64,000 nt of DNA from Eubacterium sp. (GTDB taxonomy: Bacteria > Bacillota > Clostridia > Lachnospirales > Lachnospiraceae), in NCBI GenBank assembly GCA_047242425.1, contig JBKTKJ010000001.1:1529120-1593119 (forward strand), given 5' to 3'. Under the pieces are notes generated by a model. It worked only from the letters and a program-made list of their open reading frames with translations. It had not been told where the DNA came from and made no database searches. The position numbers were made by a program, and so were the translations under genes. This document shows positions 47,759 through 58,514 of the stretch, in pieces (the first letter of the stretch is position 1; each line of letters starts with the position of its first letter).

Positions 47759-49675
47759 ATGATACTTTCATGCAACCATATATCAAAGGCATATGGTATA
47801 GAAGAAATATTAAATGACTGTTCTTTTTTTATTAATGACTATGAAAAGGCAGCCATTGTTGGAAATAATGGTGCCGGAAAATCTACCATCATGAAGATTA
47901 TTATGGGAGAACTGAGTGCTGACCAGGGTACTGTTACTGTCGGCAAAGACAAAACTATTGGATATCTTGCCCAATATCAGGATCTTAGCTCCCATAATAC
48001 TATTTATGAAGAAGTTAAGCTGGTAAAAAAAGACATTATCGATATGGAACAAAAACTTCTTGAATACGAAAAAATGATGTCTGCTGTTTCAGGAGATGAA
48101 CTAAAAAAGTTAATGGATAATTACACCAATCTTGAGCATCGTTTTCAATTATTAAACGGATATTCCTATAAAAGTGAAATCGAGGGCGTCATTAAAGGTC
48201 TGGGATTCACAGAAGAAGATTTTAATAAGCAGGTTGGCACCCTCTCTGGTGGTCAGAAAACCCGTGTTGCCCTCTGCAAATTACTGTTGGAACAGCCTGA
48301 TATTATAATGTTGGACGAGCCCACAAACCATTTAGATTTAAATTCCATCAAATGGCTTGAAACATACCTTTTAAATTATAAGGGGGCTGTTCTGATTATT
48401 GCCCATGACAGATATTTTCTCGATAAAATTGTAACAAAAGTAATCGAAATAGAAAACACAAAATGTCATGTCTTCGATGGAAATTATTCTGAATTTTCAG
48501 TAAAAAAACAGCAGTTACGGCAGGCACAGATTAATCTGTATCTGAAACAGCAAAGCGAAATTAAGCATCAGGAGGAAGTTATTGCAAAACTTCGTTCCTA
48601 CAAACAGGAAAAATTTTATAAGCGTGCCCAAAGCCGGGAAAAGGCATTGGAACAAATGGAACTTATAGAAAAACCGACCCAACTTCAGGATTCCATGACT
48701 TTGAAACTGGAGCCGGACTGTGTCAGCGGCAATGATGTGTTGTCCGTAGAGAATCTTTCCAAATCTTTTGGTACTCTTCATCTGTTTGGGGATATCAATT
48801 TTGAAATCAAACGTGGAGAGCATGTTGCCTTAATCGGAGATAACGGCACAGGAAAGACAACAATACTAAAAATTATAAATGATGTTATTGACGCAGACTA
48901 CGGTACCGTTAAACTTGGCACGAATGTGCATATCGGCTACTACGATCAGGAACATCACAATCTGAATGATGAAAATACTCTCTTTGAAGAAATTTCAGAT
49001 GCTTACCCCGATATGACCAACACTAAAATCCGTAATACCCTTGCTGCGTTCATGTTTACCGGTGACGATGTATTTAAAAGAGTCTCCGATTTAAGCGGTG
49101 GGGAAAAGGGACGTCTCTCCCTTGCAAAATTAATGTTATCGGATGCCAATCTGATTATTTTGGATGAGCCAACCAATCATCTGGACATGACTTCCAAAGA
49201 AATTCTTGAAAATGCCATTAACAATTATACCGGAACTGTTTTTTATGTATCACATGACAGATATTTTATTAACCAGACCGCTTCAAGAATATTGGAATTA
49301 ACAAACAATCGAATGATAAATTATCTTGGAAACTATGATTATTATGAAGAAAAGAAAGAGGAGCTTACAAAAATCTATGCTCCAAAAGAAGAAAAAATTT
49401 CTACCTCTTCTTCTACTTCAAGTAACAAGCAGGATTATCTGGAAAGGAAAGCTGAGGCTGCAAGGATTAGAAAATTGAAAAATAATATTTCAAAAGTTGA
49501 AGAATTGATCAAACAGAATGAGGACAGATTAAATGAACTGGATGAAATGCTTGAGGATCCTGCCATTTCTACCAATTCGGCAAAACTTAACGAAATCAGT
49601 AAAGAACAAAACGAAATAAGCCGGAAGCTGGATCAGTTAATGGATGAATGGGAACAATTATCCGATCAGCTATAA
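47759..49675 (+). CDS. ABC-F family ATPase (two NBDs, C-terminal coiled coil)
   Basis: 638 aa. Two Walker A (GNNGAGKST, GDNGTGKTT), two LSGG signatures, no TMD. Confidence 0.92.
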   Translation: MILSCNHISKAYGIEEILNDCSFFINDYEKAAIVGNNGAGKSTIMKIIMGELSADQGTVTVGKDKTIGYLAQYQDLSSHNTIYEEVKLVKKDIIDMEQKLLEYEKMMSAVSGDELKKLMDNYTNLEHRFQLLNGYSYKSEIEGVIKGLGFTEEDFNKQVGTLSGGQKTRVALCKLLLEQPDIIMLDEPTNHLDLNSIKWLETYLLNYKGAVLIIAHDRYFLDKIVTKVIEIENTKCHVFDGNYSEFSVKKQQLRQAQINLYLKQQSEIKHQEEVIAKLRSYKQEKFYKRAQSREKALEQMELIEKPTQLQDSMTLKLEPDCVSGNDVLSVENLSKSFGTLHLFGDINFEIKRGEHVALIGDNGTGKTTILKIINDVIDADYGTVKLGTNVHIGYYDQEHHNLNDENTLFEEISDAYPDMTNTKIRNTLAAFMFTGDDVFKRVSDLSGGEKGRLSLAKLMLSDANLIILDEPTNHLDMTSKEILENAINNYTGTVFYVSHDRYFINQTASRILELTNNRMINYLGNYDYYEEKKEELTKIYAPKEEKISTSSSTSSNKQDYLERKAEAARIRKLKNNISKVEELIKQNEDRLNELDEMLEDPAISTNSAKLNEISKEQNEISRKLDQLMDEWEQLSDQL

Positions 49676-49746
49676 TATTTGTTGTCTTTTTGGTCAATTT
49701 ATTTTATACTTATTTTATGAATTTTAACGTTTAAGGAGACATTATT

Positions 49747-50679
49747 ATGGAGAATAGAAAAGTTGTTGTTGCTTTAGGAAGAAATGCATTCAGCGAATCT
49801 TTTCCTAAACAGCATGAGCGTGTAAAACTTGCTGCAAAAGCCATTGCAGATCTGGTGGAAGAAAAATGTGAAGTTATCATTACACATAGTAATGGTCCAC
49901 AGGTCGGAATGATTCAGACAGCTATGACTGAGTATTCCAGACTTGACCCGGACAGAACTGTTGCACCAATGTCGGTCTGTGGAGCAATGAGTCAGGGATA
50001 TATCGGTTTTGACCTTCAGAATGCAATTAGAACCGAATTATTACATAGAGGAATTTATAAACCTGTCAGCACAATTCTTACACAGGTACGAGTTGACCCT
50101 TTTGACAAAGCATTTAACGCACCTTCAAAAGTTATTGGACGCCTTATGACAAAGGAAGAAGCTGAAAATGAAAAGAAAAAAGGAAATTATGTAGAATACG
50201 AAGAGGATCAGGACGGTTACAGAAGAATTATTGCCAGTCCCAAACCAATAGATATTTATGAAATTGATGCCATAAAAGCATTGGTTGATGCTCACCAATT
50301 GGTAATTGCTGCAGGCGGTGGTGGAATCCCTGTTCTGGAACAGCATACAGGTCTTAAAGGTGCCAGTGCCGTTATCGAAAAAGACTACACGGCAGCCAAA
50401 TTAGCCGATATGCTTGATGCTTCCACTCTTATGATTCTTACATCAAGCGACTATCTGACAGTAGAAAAAGATGGTTCCACAGAAGAATTAAAGGAACTTT
50501 CCAAGGAAGAAGCCCAAAAATTAATTGAGGATGGATATTTCGATCCTACCACTTCACTTCCTAAAATTGACGCTTCTCTTTCCTTTGTACTTGCCGGAGA
50601 AGGAAGACGGGCCATCATCACCAATCTGGCGAAAGCAAAAGCCGGAATCAGAGAAAAGGTAGGAACAATTATTAAGTAA
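49747..50679 (+). CDS. arcC: carbamate kinase
   Basis: 310 aa. VVALGRNAF..., HSNGPQVG, AAGGGGIPV. Confidence 0.9.
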   Translation: MENRKVVVALGRNAFSESFPKQHERVKLAAKAIADLVEEKCEVIITHSNGPQVGMIQTAMTEYSRLDPDRTVAPMSVCGAMSQGYIGFDLQNAIRTELLHRGIYKPVSTILTQVRVDPFDKAFNAPSKVIGRLMTKEEAENEKKKGNYVEYEEDQDGYRRIIASPKPIDIYEIDAIKALVDAHQLVIAAGGGGIPVLEQHTGLKGASAVIEKDYTAAKLADMLDASTLMILTSSDYLTVEKDGSTEELKELSKEEAQKLIEDGYFDPTTSLPKIDASLSFVLAGEGRRAIITNLAKAKAGIREKVGTIIK

Positions 50680-50699
50680 TTCAATAGAAATTTATTATT

Positions 50700-50731
50700 A
50701 AAAGGAGCTGAAATTAAAATCAGCTCCTTTT
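50700..50731. terminator. bidirectional terminator (arcC / ppk convergent)
   Basis: aaaaggagctga-aattaaaa-tcagctcctttt, 12-bp stem. Confidence 0.75.
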
Positions 50732-50743
50732 AATAACTTTTTC

Positions 50744-52864
50744 CTATTCTTCAATTTCATTGTAGCTTTCTGCGAAGAAATACTCTTGCGAATTTAATGG
50801 GTCTGTAATCATCTCTTTTTTATGATATTCTCCATTTCTGTCCATCACCCTTGCCTTTACATTATCATTTAACATAATATAAAACATATGACGTATTCGC
50901 GTCTTTATATCCTCGTCATATATTGGCGTTGCCACCTCTACTCTTCTTATTGTATTTCTTGTCATGAAATCTGCGGATGAAATATAAATTTTGTCTCTGT
51001 CCGGCGTTCCGAAAATATAAATTCTGGAATGTTCCAAATATCTTCCCACGATACTCTGAACCCTGATGTTTTCCGTATAACCCGGGACATCTGCAATCAG
51101 GCAGCATATTCCTCTGATAATCATATCAATTTTTACTCCCGACTGTGACGCTTCAATCAGCTTATCCATAATCTTCTTATCCGTAAGAGAATTAAACTTT
51201 AATCCTATGTAGCCCTCTTCTCCGTTTTTAACATGCTGTATTTCTGATTCAATCAGATCCAGCACTTTATCCTGAAGACATTTGGGTGCAACAAGAAGAT
51301 GCTCCGTCTTTTCCATTACCTGGGCCATACATATTTTATTAAATGTTTCTCCCACTTCTGATGCAATATCTTCGTTGGCAGTCATTAAAGAAAGGTCTGT
51401 ATATAGCTTAGATGTTTTTTCATTGTAGTTGCCGGTACCAATCTGGCTGATATGTTTAATTTTATTATCTTCACTATACGAAATAAGACATATCTTAGAA
51501 TGCACTTTTGTATAATCAATGCCATATATGATTCTACATCCGGCATCCTCCATTCTTCTGGACCATTCAATATTATTCTGTTCATCAAATCTGGCACGAA
51601 GTTCTACCATTACCACAACTTCCTTGCCGTGTTCTGCAGCATCGATCAAAGCTTCAACGACCTGTGAATTCTTTGCCACTCTGTAAAGTGTCATTTTTAT
51701 GGAAAATACTCTTGTATCGTGAACTGCCTCATGCAAAAGCCTCAAATATGAACTCATACTTTCAAAAGGATAGCTTAACAGCAAATCCTTTTCTTCTATC
51801 TGCTCAATCATGGAACGGCTTTCATCCACATAAGATGATATCTGTGGAACACGCCTGTTATAGAACAATTCTTTTTTATTTCTGAGAATATCCTGAATCT
51901 TATAAACAAAGGACATCTCTAAAGGAGATTCCGAATAAAAGGTCTGGTCTTTTTTTAAATCCAGTTCTTTACAAAGACTTTTTATGACCTTTTCATCAAG
52001 CACTCTTGAATATTCCATTTTTACCGGACATAATCTTCTTCTGATTTTAATAAGTTTCTCCATAGATTCTCTATAATTAATATCCTCATCAGAAAAAGCA
52101 TCATCAACATCAATATCCGCATTTCTGATAATTCGAATAAGTGACTTACTCTTTACAGTATATTTATCAAAAATATCCGGCATAAAATGAAGAATAAGTT
52201 CTTCCACCAGCATATACTTATGACTGTCTGACGGAATCGGAATCAGTCTTTCAAATAAGCCATTACTGCACGGTACAATACAGAGTTTTTCACTATTTTT
52301 TGTTCCAAGAAGCGCCACCGCATAAATATCCTTATTATTTAAAAATGGAAACGGCTGTTTTTTACCAATAACCTGCGGTGACAGCAATGGCATTATGGAA
52401 TTACGGAAATATTTTTTCAGAAAAATAGAATCTTCGTTTTTAATGTCTTTAAAACTGATTAACTCTATTCCCTGTTCCTTGATTTCGTCCATAAGTTCAA
52501 AATAGACATCATCCTTCTCTTTCAACAGTTCTCTCGTAGATTTGAAAATCTGATTCAATTGTTCGCCGGCTGTCATTCCTGTCTTATTTTCCTTTTTTGA
52601 CTTGGAAACAAGCATCTGATCATAGATAGATCCAACACGAACCATAAAGAACTCATCCAGATTGCTGGTAAAAATATCCGCAAAGGTTATTCTTTCACAT
52701 AAAGGAACCTGTCTGTCAGCAGCTTCCTCCAGCACACGCCGGTTAAATTTCAGCCAGGAAAGTTCTCTGTTATCATAACAGGTTCTTCCATACCCTTTTT
52801 TTGTTTTTCTTTTTTTTATTACATCTTTTTGATTTTTTAATTTCTGTTCACCCTTCTCTTCCAT
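50744..52864 (-). CDS. ppk1: polyphosphate kinase 1
   Basis: YDNRELSWLKFNRRVLEEA N-terminal signature and two PLD-like HxK regions. The longest ORF starts at 52957 inside pfkA without an SD, so I prefer the ATG at 52862-52864 (AAGGA upstream). Start is uncertain. Confidence 0.88.
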   Translation of the reverse strand: MEEKGEQKLKNQKDVIKKRKTKKGYGRTCYDNRELSWLKFNRRVLEEAADRQVPLCERITFADIFTSNLDEFFMVRVGSIYDQMLVSKSKKENKTGMTAGEQLNQIFKSTRELLKEKDDVYFELMDEIKEQGIELISFKDIKNEDSIFLKKYFRNSIMPLLSPQVIGKKQPFPFLNNKDIYAVALLGTKNSEKLCIVPCSNGLFERLIPIPSDSHKYMLVEELILHFMPDIFDKYTVKSKSLIRIIRNADIDVDDAFSDEDINYRESMEKLIKIRRRLCPVKMEYSRVLDEKVIKSLCKELDLKKDQTFYSESPLEMSFVYKIQDILRNKKELFYNRRVPQISSYVDESRSMIEQIEEKDLLLSYPFESMSSYLRLLHEAVHDTRVFSIKMTLYRVAKNSQVVEALIDAAEHGKEVVVMVELRARFDEQNNIEWSRRMEDAGCRIIYGIDYTKVHSKICLISYSEDNKIKHISQIGTGNYNEKTSKLYTDLSLMTANEDIASEVGETFNKICMAQVMEKTEHLLVAPKCLQDKVLDLIESEIQHVKNGEEGYIGLKFNSLTDKKIMDKLIEASQSGVKIDMIIRGICCLIADVPGYTENIRVQSIVGRYLEHSRIYIFGTPDRDKIYISSADFMTRNTIRRVEVATPIYDEDIKTRIRHMFYIMLNDNVKARVMDRNGEYHKKEMITDPLNSQEYFFAESYNEIEE

Positions 52865-52941
52865 AACAAACTCATCCTTCGCTATTCTATTCTGCTCTTT
52901 TATTTTACGCTTTATACACAACCTGCTCTTAATAAAATTTA

Positions 52942-54018
52942 TCAATTTCCCAAACATATTCCCAACATTTTAGCCTGTTTTATAATTTCATCATCTGTTT
53001 CAACCATCTTTGTTTTTTCTACTGCCTGACTTAACGGAATACTTGTAATCTGGTTATTCACCACACTGACCATTCGACCATATTCTTTATTAAGTATAAG
53101 TTCTGCCGCTTTTGCACCCAGTCTGGATGTTAATACTCTGTCATATGCACATGGATTCCCTCCACGTTGAACATGCCCCGGAACAGTAACTCTGACTTCC
53201 CTATTAATTACATTATTTAACTCCGCTTCTAATCGATATCCTGCAGAAATATATCCTTCTGATTTTCTCTTAGCCTTTAATTCCTTTTTGGAAAGTTTGC
53301 TTTCCTCTTTTGAAATAATTCCTTCTGCGGCGGCAATGATAATGTATTTTTTCCCTTCCTCAGTCTTTTTGTTGATTACTTTTTTAATCTTATTAATATC
53401 ATATGGAATCTCAGGAATAAGTATGATATCTGCATTTCCTGCCAATCCTGCATGTAATGTCAGCCATCCTGTCTTATGTCCCATTAATTCTACAATAAAT
53501 GTCCGTCCATGAGATGCTGCTGTAGAATGTATCTCATCAAGATTCCTTGTCGCAATATCAATAGCTGACTGAAATCCGAAGCTGATTTCTGTACCATTAA
53601 TATCATTATCGATTGTCTTCGGCAGAGTGACAACATTTAACCCACTTTCAGACAACAGATTCGCTGTCTTATGAGATCCGTTGCCTCCAAGAACTACCAG
53701 ACAATCCAACTGCATATTCCTGTAATTTTCAATCATGCATTTCACTTTATTTCTTCCCTTTTCATCAGGAATATTAATTTTTTTAAAGGGTTGTCTTGAT
53801 GTTCCAAGTATGGTTCCTCCCAAATTTAAAATGTTTTCAAAATCTTTTAATCCCATCTTTTTATAATCACCGTTTATAAGTCCCGTGTAGCCATTCTGTA
53901 TACCATATATCTGAATTTTATCATCACAATTCTCATAAAGAGCCTTGACCGTTCCTCTCATCGCACCGTTCAATGCCTGGCAATCACCACCACTAGTTAA
54001 AAATCCAATTTTAAGCAT
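52942..54018 (-). CDS. pfkA: 6-phosphofructokinase
   Basis: 358 aa. MLKIGFLTSGGDCQALN, GGNGS, PKTIDNDI, MGHKTG. Confidence 0.92.
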   Translation of the reverse strand: MLKIGFLTSGGDCQALNGAMRGTVKALYENCDDKIQIYGIQNGYTGLINGDYKKMGLKDFENILNLGGTILGTSRQPFKKINIPDEKGRNKVKCMIENYRNMQLDCLVVLGGNGSHKTANLLSESGLNVVTLPKTIDNDINGTEISFGFQSAIDIATRNLDEIHSTAASHGRTFIVELMGHKTGWLTLHAGLAGNADIILIPEIPYDINKIKKVINKKTEEGKKYIIIAAAEGIISKEESKLSKKELKAKRKSEGYISAGYRLEAELNNVINREVRVTVPGHVQRGGNPCAYDRVLTSRLGAKAAELILNKEYGRMVSVVNNQITSIPLSQAVEKTKMVETDDEIIKQAKMLGICLGN

Positions 54019-54155
54019 AATTTATTCCTCCTTTTCAATGAATTATTTTTAGTATTTCCAGACATTCATTTCTTCATTACAATCATATTAAATAAATGTT
54101 AAATCCATACAATACTAAATGTTAAATTAATGTATATTACTATAATATTACATAC

Positions 54156-54186
54156 AAAAACCTTCATCAAGTAGGCTGATGAAGGT
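54156..54186 (-). terminator. terminator after ABC exporter
   Basis: accttcatca-agtaggc-tgatgaaggt stem followed on the minus strand by TTTTTG. Confidence 0.7.
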
Positions 54187-54233
54187 TAAATCGTTTTTAT
54201 TTTATAATTAACTAAATAAATCATTTTTTTGCT

Positions 54234-55970
54234 CTATTGTTTTTCAATTATGTTATATAAATCGTAATAAATCCCCTGCCGGTCCATTAATTCCCTGTGC
54301 GTTCCCTGTTCCTCAATTCCATTATCCGTAAGTACTAAAATCTTTTCAGCATTTCTTATAGTTGACAGCCTGTGGGCGATAACCATTGTGGTTCTGTTTT
54401 TCGCCAGTTTTTCCATGGATTCCTGCACTATTTTCTCACTTTCATTATCAAGAGCTGATGTTGCCTCGTCAAAAATAAGAATCGGAGGATTTTTAAGAAA
54501 GACTCTCGCTATGGACAATCTCTGCTTTTGTCCTCCGGACAGTTTGATACCTCTCTGTCCTATATCTGTATCAAATCCATTGGGAAGTGACATAATAAAA
54601 TCATAAGCGTTGGCCTCTTTTGCAGCGGCAATAACTTCTTCTTTCGTAGCATCCGGTCTTCCATAGCGAATATTGTCATATACAGTTCCCACAAACAAAT
54701 AAACATCCTGTTGAACGATACCAATATTATCTCTTAAATTCTTTAATTTAAAATCTCTGACATCAATCCCGTCAATTGTAATACTGCCATTTGAAACTTC
54801 ATAAAAACGGGGAATCAAATTACACAAGGTCGTTTTACCTGCTCCTGACGATCCAACAAGAGCAATATAGGACCCTGCCTCTATCTCCAAATCAATGTGT
54901 TTTAACACCCTATGCGCATTGTCATTGTAGCGGAAAGAAACATCACGAAACCTAATGTCTCCTCTTACATGATCAGCAGTTATGGCGTTTTCTTTATCTT
55001 GTATTTCAGGCTCTATGGAAAGAATCTGTAGAAATCTTTCATATCCTGAATATCCATTCTGGAACTGCTCTGTAAAATCAATCAGGGTTTTAATCGGGTC
55101 TGTAAAAATATTAATATACAAAAGAAATGTAATCATATCCGTAACTGATACCATGTCCCTTGTTATCATAATGCCCCCGGCAATAATCACAATCAGATTT
55201 ATCATGGTAGTAAAGGCTGTAAGACCTGAATTATAACCACCCATATACTTATAATTATTCTTCTTCGCCTTAAGAAAATCATCATTTCCAATTTTAAACT
55301 TTTCATTTTCCAGTTCTTCATTAGCAAAAGATTTAACAACTCTTATTCCTGAAAGATTGTCCTCAATCTGTTCATTAATCGCCGCAATCTTTATTCTGTT
55401 CATTCGGAATGCGCGCTTCATCTTTTTGTTAAAGAAATATGCATATACTAACATGAAAGGAACAAGCAGAAAAGCTGCCAGTGCCAATTTTACGTTAATA
55501 CTTAAAAGAATCACAAGAGCTCCAATGATTTTTATAATGGATATGGTTACATTTTCAGGTCCATGATGTAACAGCTCTGTTATATCAAACAAATCTGAAG
55601 TAATTCGGGACATTAACTGACCCACCTTTTGATCATCGTAAAAGGAATAAGACAATTTCTGAAAATGCGCAAAAATCTCCGCTCTCATATCATATTCAAT
55701 CTTTGCTCCCATTACATGCCCGTAATTAGAAATATAATAATTGCAATAGCATTGAAAAAGTATCAATATTGTTATAACAACTGCAATAATAATCAATTGT
55801 TTTTTGACCTCTTCTGTCGAAAAATATATTAACGTTGATGTTACATATCTTACTACCAATGGTATTACAAGAGCTATAGCGGAGGCAAATATGGCAAATA
55901 CCATATCTGCAAAAAATACACCTCTATATGGCTTATAATAAGATACCAGTTTTTTTAGATTTTCTTTCAT
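54234..55970 (-). CDS. ABC transporter ATP-binding protein/permease (type I exporter half-transporter)
   Basis: 578 aa. 6-TM N-terminal domain, [34 protein letters not shown]. Confidence 0.9.
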   Translation of the reverse strand: MKENLKKLVSYYKPYRGVFFADMVFAIFASAIALVIPLVVRYVTSTLIYFSTEEVKKQLIIIAVVITILILFQCYCNYYISNYGHVMGAKIEYDMRAEIFAHFQKLSYSFYDDQKVGQLMSRITSDLFDITELLHHGPENVTISIIKIIGALVILLSINVKLALAAFLLVPFMLVYAYFFNKKMKRAFRMNRIKIAAINEQIEDNLSGIRVVKSFANEELENEKFKIGNDDFLKAKKNNYKYMGGYNSGLTAFTTMINLIVIIAGGIMITRDMVSVTDMITFLLYINIFTDPIKTLIDFTEQFQNGYSGYERFLQILSIEPEIQDKENAITADHVRGDIRFRDVSFRYNDNAHRVLKHIDLEIEAGSYIALVGSSGAGKTTLCNLIPRFYEVSNGSITIDGIDVRDFKLKNLRDNIGIVQQDVYLFVGTVYDNIRYGRPDATKEEVIAAAKEANAYDFIMSLPNGFDTDIGQRGIKLSGGQKQRLSIARVFLKNPPILIFDEATSALDNESEKIVQESMEKLAKNRTTMVIAHRLSTIRNAEKILVLTDNGIEEQGTHRELMDRQGIYYDLYNIIEKQ

Positions 55971-55980
55971 TTTTTACTCC

Positions 55981-56011
55981 AAAATAGAGACCGCCAAAAT
56001 GGCGATCTCTA
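55981..56011 (-). terminator. possible terminator after PPC-domain protein gene
   Basis: tagagaccgcc-aaaat-ggcgatctcta (10 of 11 paired) followed on the minus strand by TTTT, then the next gene's SD. Confidence 0.45.
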
Positions 56012-56032
56012 CTCACTATTGTTTTCTATTTA

Positions 56033-57166
56033 TTATTTCCACTTCAATGAATATGCTCCACTACTTAAAGAATTATTTCTGGAAATTTTAATATAATATG
56101 TTCCCTTATTAACTTTTCCATATGTAGTGCTGTATGTAAGGCTCAATGTGTGTGTACCACCATTGTTTGTATAAGATCCTACTTTCTTTCCACCTTTCGT
56201 ATATACAGTGATCTTAAGACCTCCTGTAATATCTCCTCCGAAAGTGAGTGTTACCTTTTTCTTTTTCTTTACAGAGAACTTATACCAGTCAGCTGCCTTG
56301 CTGCCAGGTAAAATTGTTCCTTTTGCTGTCTTCTTTGCTTTAACTGCAACTGCTTTTTTCTTTTTAGCACCACTCTTTTCTTTTATCGCTGTATTCTTTA
56401 CAGAAATACTCTGAAGATTTCCAGCGCTTGTACCACTTGTTGTAACAAGGAAATAATAAGTTGTTCCTTTCTTTACGGCAAAAGTAAATTTGTTGCCGTT
56501 TGAAGTAGAAACAAACTCCTCTCCAGATAATGCTTTTTTCTTTGCATTCATCAAAGTTAAATAATTGCTGTACTGATACGGAAGAGTCACTGTAACTTTT
56601 CCTGTCTTTTCAGCTACATACTTAAAATAGAACTTGTCTGAACCACTATTTCTGTAATAAGTAATCGTCTGACCTGATTTGATTGTCTTATCTGTATTGG
56701 TATACTGACTTACTGTTAATGTAAACGCATTTGTAAATACGGATTCATCATATTTGGAATAATAGCTGTAGAATTTCAAATAATATGTTCCTGCGTTGCT
56801 TACTGATATGTACCCTTCTCTGCTTGTGGATCCTGTATCAGAACTTCCATAAATGGTAAGTCTGTTGGTGCAGGCTGCATCTGTATAAACATATGCATTA
56901 ATATCCTTTTCCAACTTTGTGTAATTAACATTAATCTTAATTGTTCCCGCTGCACTTACCTTTAATGGAATAATTACCCCACACTCATTGTCCGGAAGTG
57001 TTGAAGTATTTGTGTAGGAATAACTCTTTGTTATGCCATTTTCATTTCCAAAATACTTTGTTGGAACGGTTACTGTAGCTTCTGCCGCAGATACGATAAC
57101 TGTCATTGCAAGCATCATAACAGTTACTGCCACTGCTGAAACAAGTGTTTTGATTGTTCTTTTCAT
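56033..57166 (-). CDS. secreted protein with three pre-peptidase C-terminal (PPC)-like beta-sandwich modules
   Basis: 377 aa with signal peptide (…VIVSAAEA). Recurring GTYY(L/F/I)K motifs and ADWYKFSV...GAYSLKW, typical of PPC domains. No catalytic domain seen. Confidence 0.6.
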   Translation of the reverse strand: MKRTIKTLVSAVAVTVMMLAMTVIVSAAEATVTVPTKYFGNENGITKSYSYTNTSTLPDNECGVIIPLKVSAAGTIKINVNYTKLEKDINAYVYTDAACTNRLTIYGSSDTGSTSREGYISVSNAGTYYLKFYSYYSKYDESVFTNAFTLTVSQYTNTDKTIKSGQTITYYRNSGSDKFYFKYVAEKTGKVTVTLPYQYSNYLTLMNAKKKALSGEEFVSTSNGNKFTFAVKKGTTYYFLVTTSGTSAGNLQSISVKNTAIKEKSGAKKKKAVAVKAKKTAKGTILPGSKAADWYKFSVKKKKKVTLTFGGDITGGLKITVYTKGGKKVGSYTNNGGTHTLSLTYSTTYGKVNKGTYYIKISRNNSLSSGAYSLKWK

Positions 57167-57226
57167 CTTAATCTCCTTCTCCTCTATTTTTTAATATGTG
57201 AGCATAGATGCCCTGTTGTTATATTA

Positions 57227-58435
57227 CTACATAAGACCCTCAAGAGTATTTCTAATAGCCTTGATAAAATCTTCTGTATTCAGTTTTTTCTTATTTTCAA
57301 GTGTTGAAATAAGATATAAATCACCTGTCATCTCGCCGTTTTCAATTGTATCAATACAAGCCTTTTCAAGCTTGTCAGCAAATGACATGAGTTCAGGAAG
57401 ATTGTCAAGTTCACCACGTTTTCTCAGTGCTCCTGTCCATGCAAAAATTGTAGCAATCGGGTTTGTTGATGTTTCCTCTCCCTTTAAATATTTGTAATAA
57501 TGTCTCTGTACTGTACCGTGTGCTGCTTCATATTCATAATAGCCATTCGGTGAAGCAAGTACAGATGTCATCATTGATAATGAACCAAAAGCTGTTGCAA
57601 CCATGTCTGACATAACGTCACCGTCATAGTTCTTACAAGCCCAGATATATCCGCCTTCTGAACGCATTACTCTGGCTACTGCATCATCGATTAATGTATA
57701 GAAATATTCTATACCTGCAGCATCAAATTTATCTTTATATTCTGCTTCAAAGATTTCTGCAAAAATGTCTTTAAATGTATGGTCATATTTTTTAGAAATT
57801 GTATCCTTTGTAGCAAACCATAAATCCTGTTTTGTATCCAACGCATAATTGAAACAGCTTCTTGCAAAACTTTCAATGGAACCATTCAGATTATGCATCC
57901 CCTGAATAATTCCCGGTCCGTCAAATTCATGAATCAGTTCTCTTGTCTCTTCTCCCGCTTCATTGGTATAAACAAGTTCTGCTTTACCGGCTGCCGGAAT
58001 CTTCATTTCTGTTCCTTTATATACATCACCATATGCATGTCTTGCAATTGTAATAGGTTTTGTCCAATTCTGAACATAAGGCTCGATTCCTTTTACAATA
58101 ATTGGTGCTCTAAATACGGTACCATCAAGAATGGCTCTGATTGTTCCGTTAGGGCTCTTCCACATTTCCTTTAAATTATATTCAGGCATTCTTGCTGCAT
58201 TCGGCGTAATTGTTGCGCATTTAACTGCAACACCATATTTTTTTGTAGCCTCTGCCGAATCAAATGTTACCTGATCGTCTGTCTGGTTTCTGTAATCTAA
58301 CCCCAAATCATAATATTCTGTCTTTAAATCAACGAATGGTAATAACAATTCATCTTTAATCAATTTCCAAAGAATTCTTGTCATTTCATCTCCATCCATC
58401 TCAACAAGTGGAGTAGTCATCTTAATCTTTTCCAT
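57227..58435 (-). CDS. icd: NADP-dependent isocitrate dehydrogenase (eukaryote-like subfamily II)
   Basis: 402 aa. [31 protein letters not shown]. Confidence 0.94.
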   Translation of the reverse strand: MEKIKMTTPLVEMDGDEMTRILWKLIKDELLLPFVDLKTEYYDLGLDYRNQTDDQVTFDSAEATKKYGVAVKCATITPNAARMPEYNLKEMWKSPNGTIRAILDGTVFRAPIIVKGIEPYVQNWTKPITIARHAYGDVYKGTEMKIPAAGKAELVYTNEAGEETRELIHEFDGPGIIQGMHNLNGSIESFARSCFNYALDTKQDLWFATKDTISKKYDHTFKDIFAEIFEAEYKDKFDAAGIEYFYTLIDDAVARVMRSEGGYIWACKNYDGDVMSDMVATAFGSLSMMTSVLASPNGYYEYEAAHGTVQRHYYKYLKGEETSTNPIATIFAWTGALRKRGELDNLPELMSFADKLEKACIDTIENGEMTGDLYLISTLENKKKLNTEDFIKAIRNTLEGLM

Positions 58436-58466
58436 TTTTGTTTCCTCCTTAAAAGCACTCTAATAG

Positions 58467-58495
58467 ATTATAACCAAATGTTGACCTAAAGTAAA
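58467..58495 (-). promoter_or_regulatory. candidate sigma-A promoter of icd
   Basis: Minus strand TTTACT-17 nt-TATAAT, about 30 nt upstream of the icd ATG. Confidence 0.45.
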
Positions 58496-58514
58496 TAAAA
58501 TCGTTTCTTTTTTT

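Noticed and set aside
47706-47762. 18-codon uORF (MLQLKVQAFLLKALGGKS) whose TGA overlaps the ABC-F ATG (ATGA), reminiscent of leader peptides of resistance ABC-F genes
   Set aside because: I could see no SD in front of the uORF and no obvious alternative terminator/antiterminator hairpins. The ABC-F looks like a housekeeping type. Kept only as a note.
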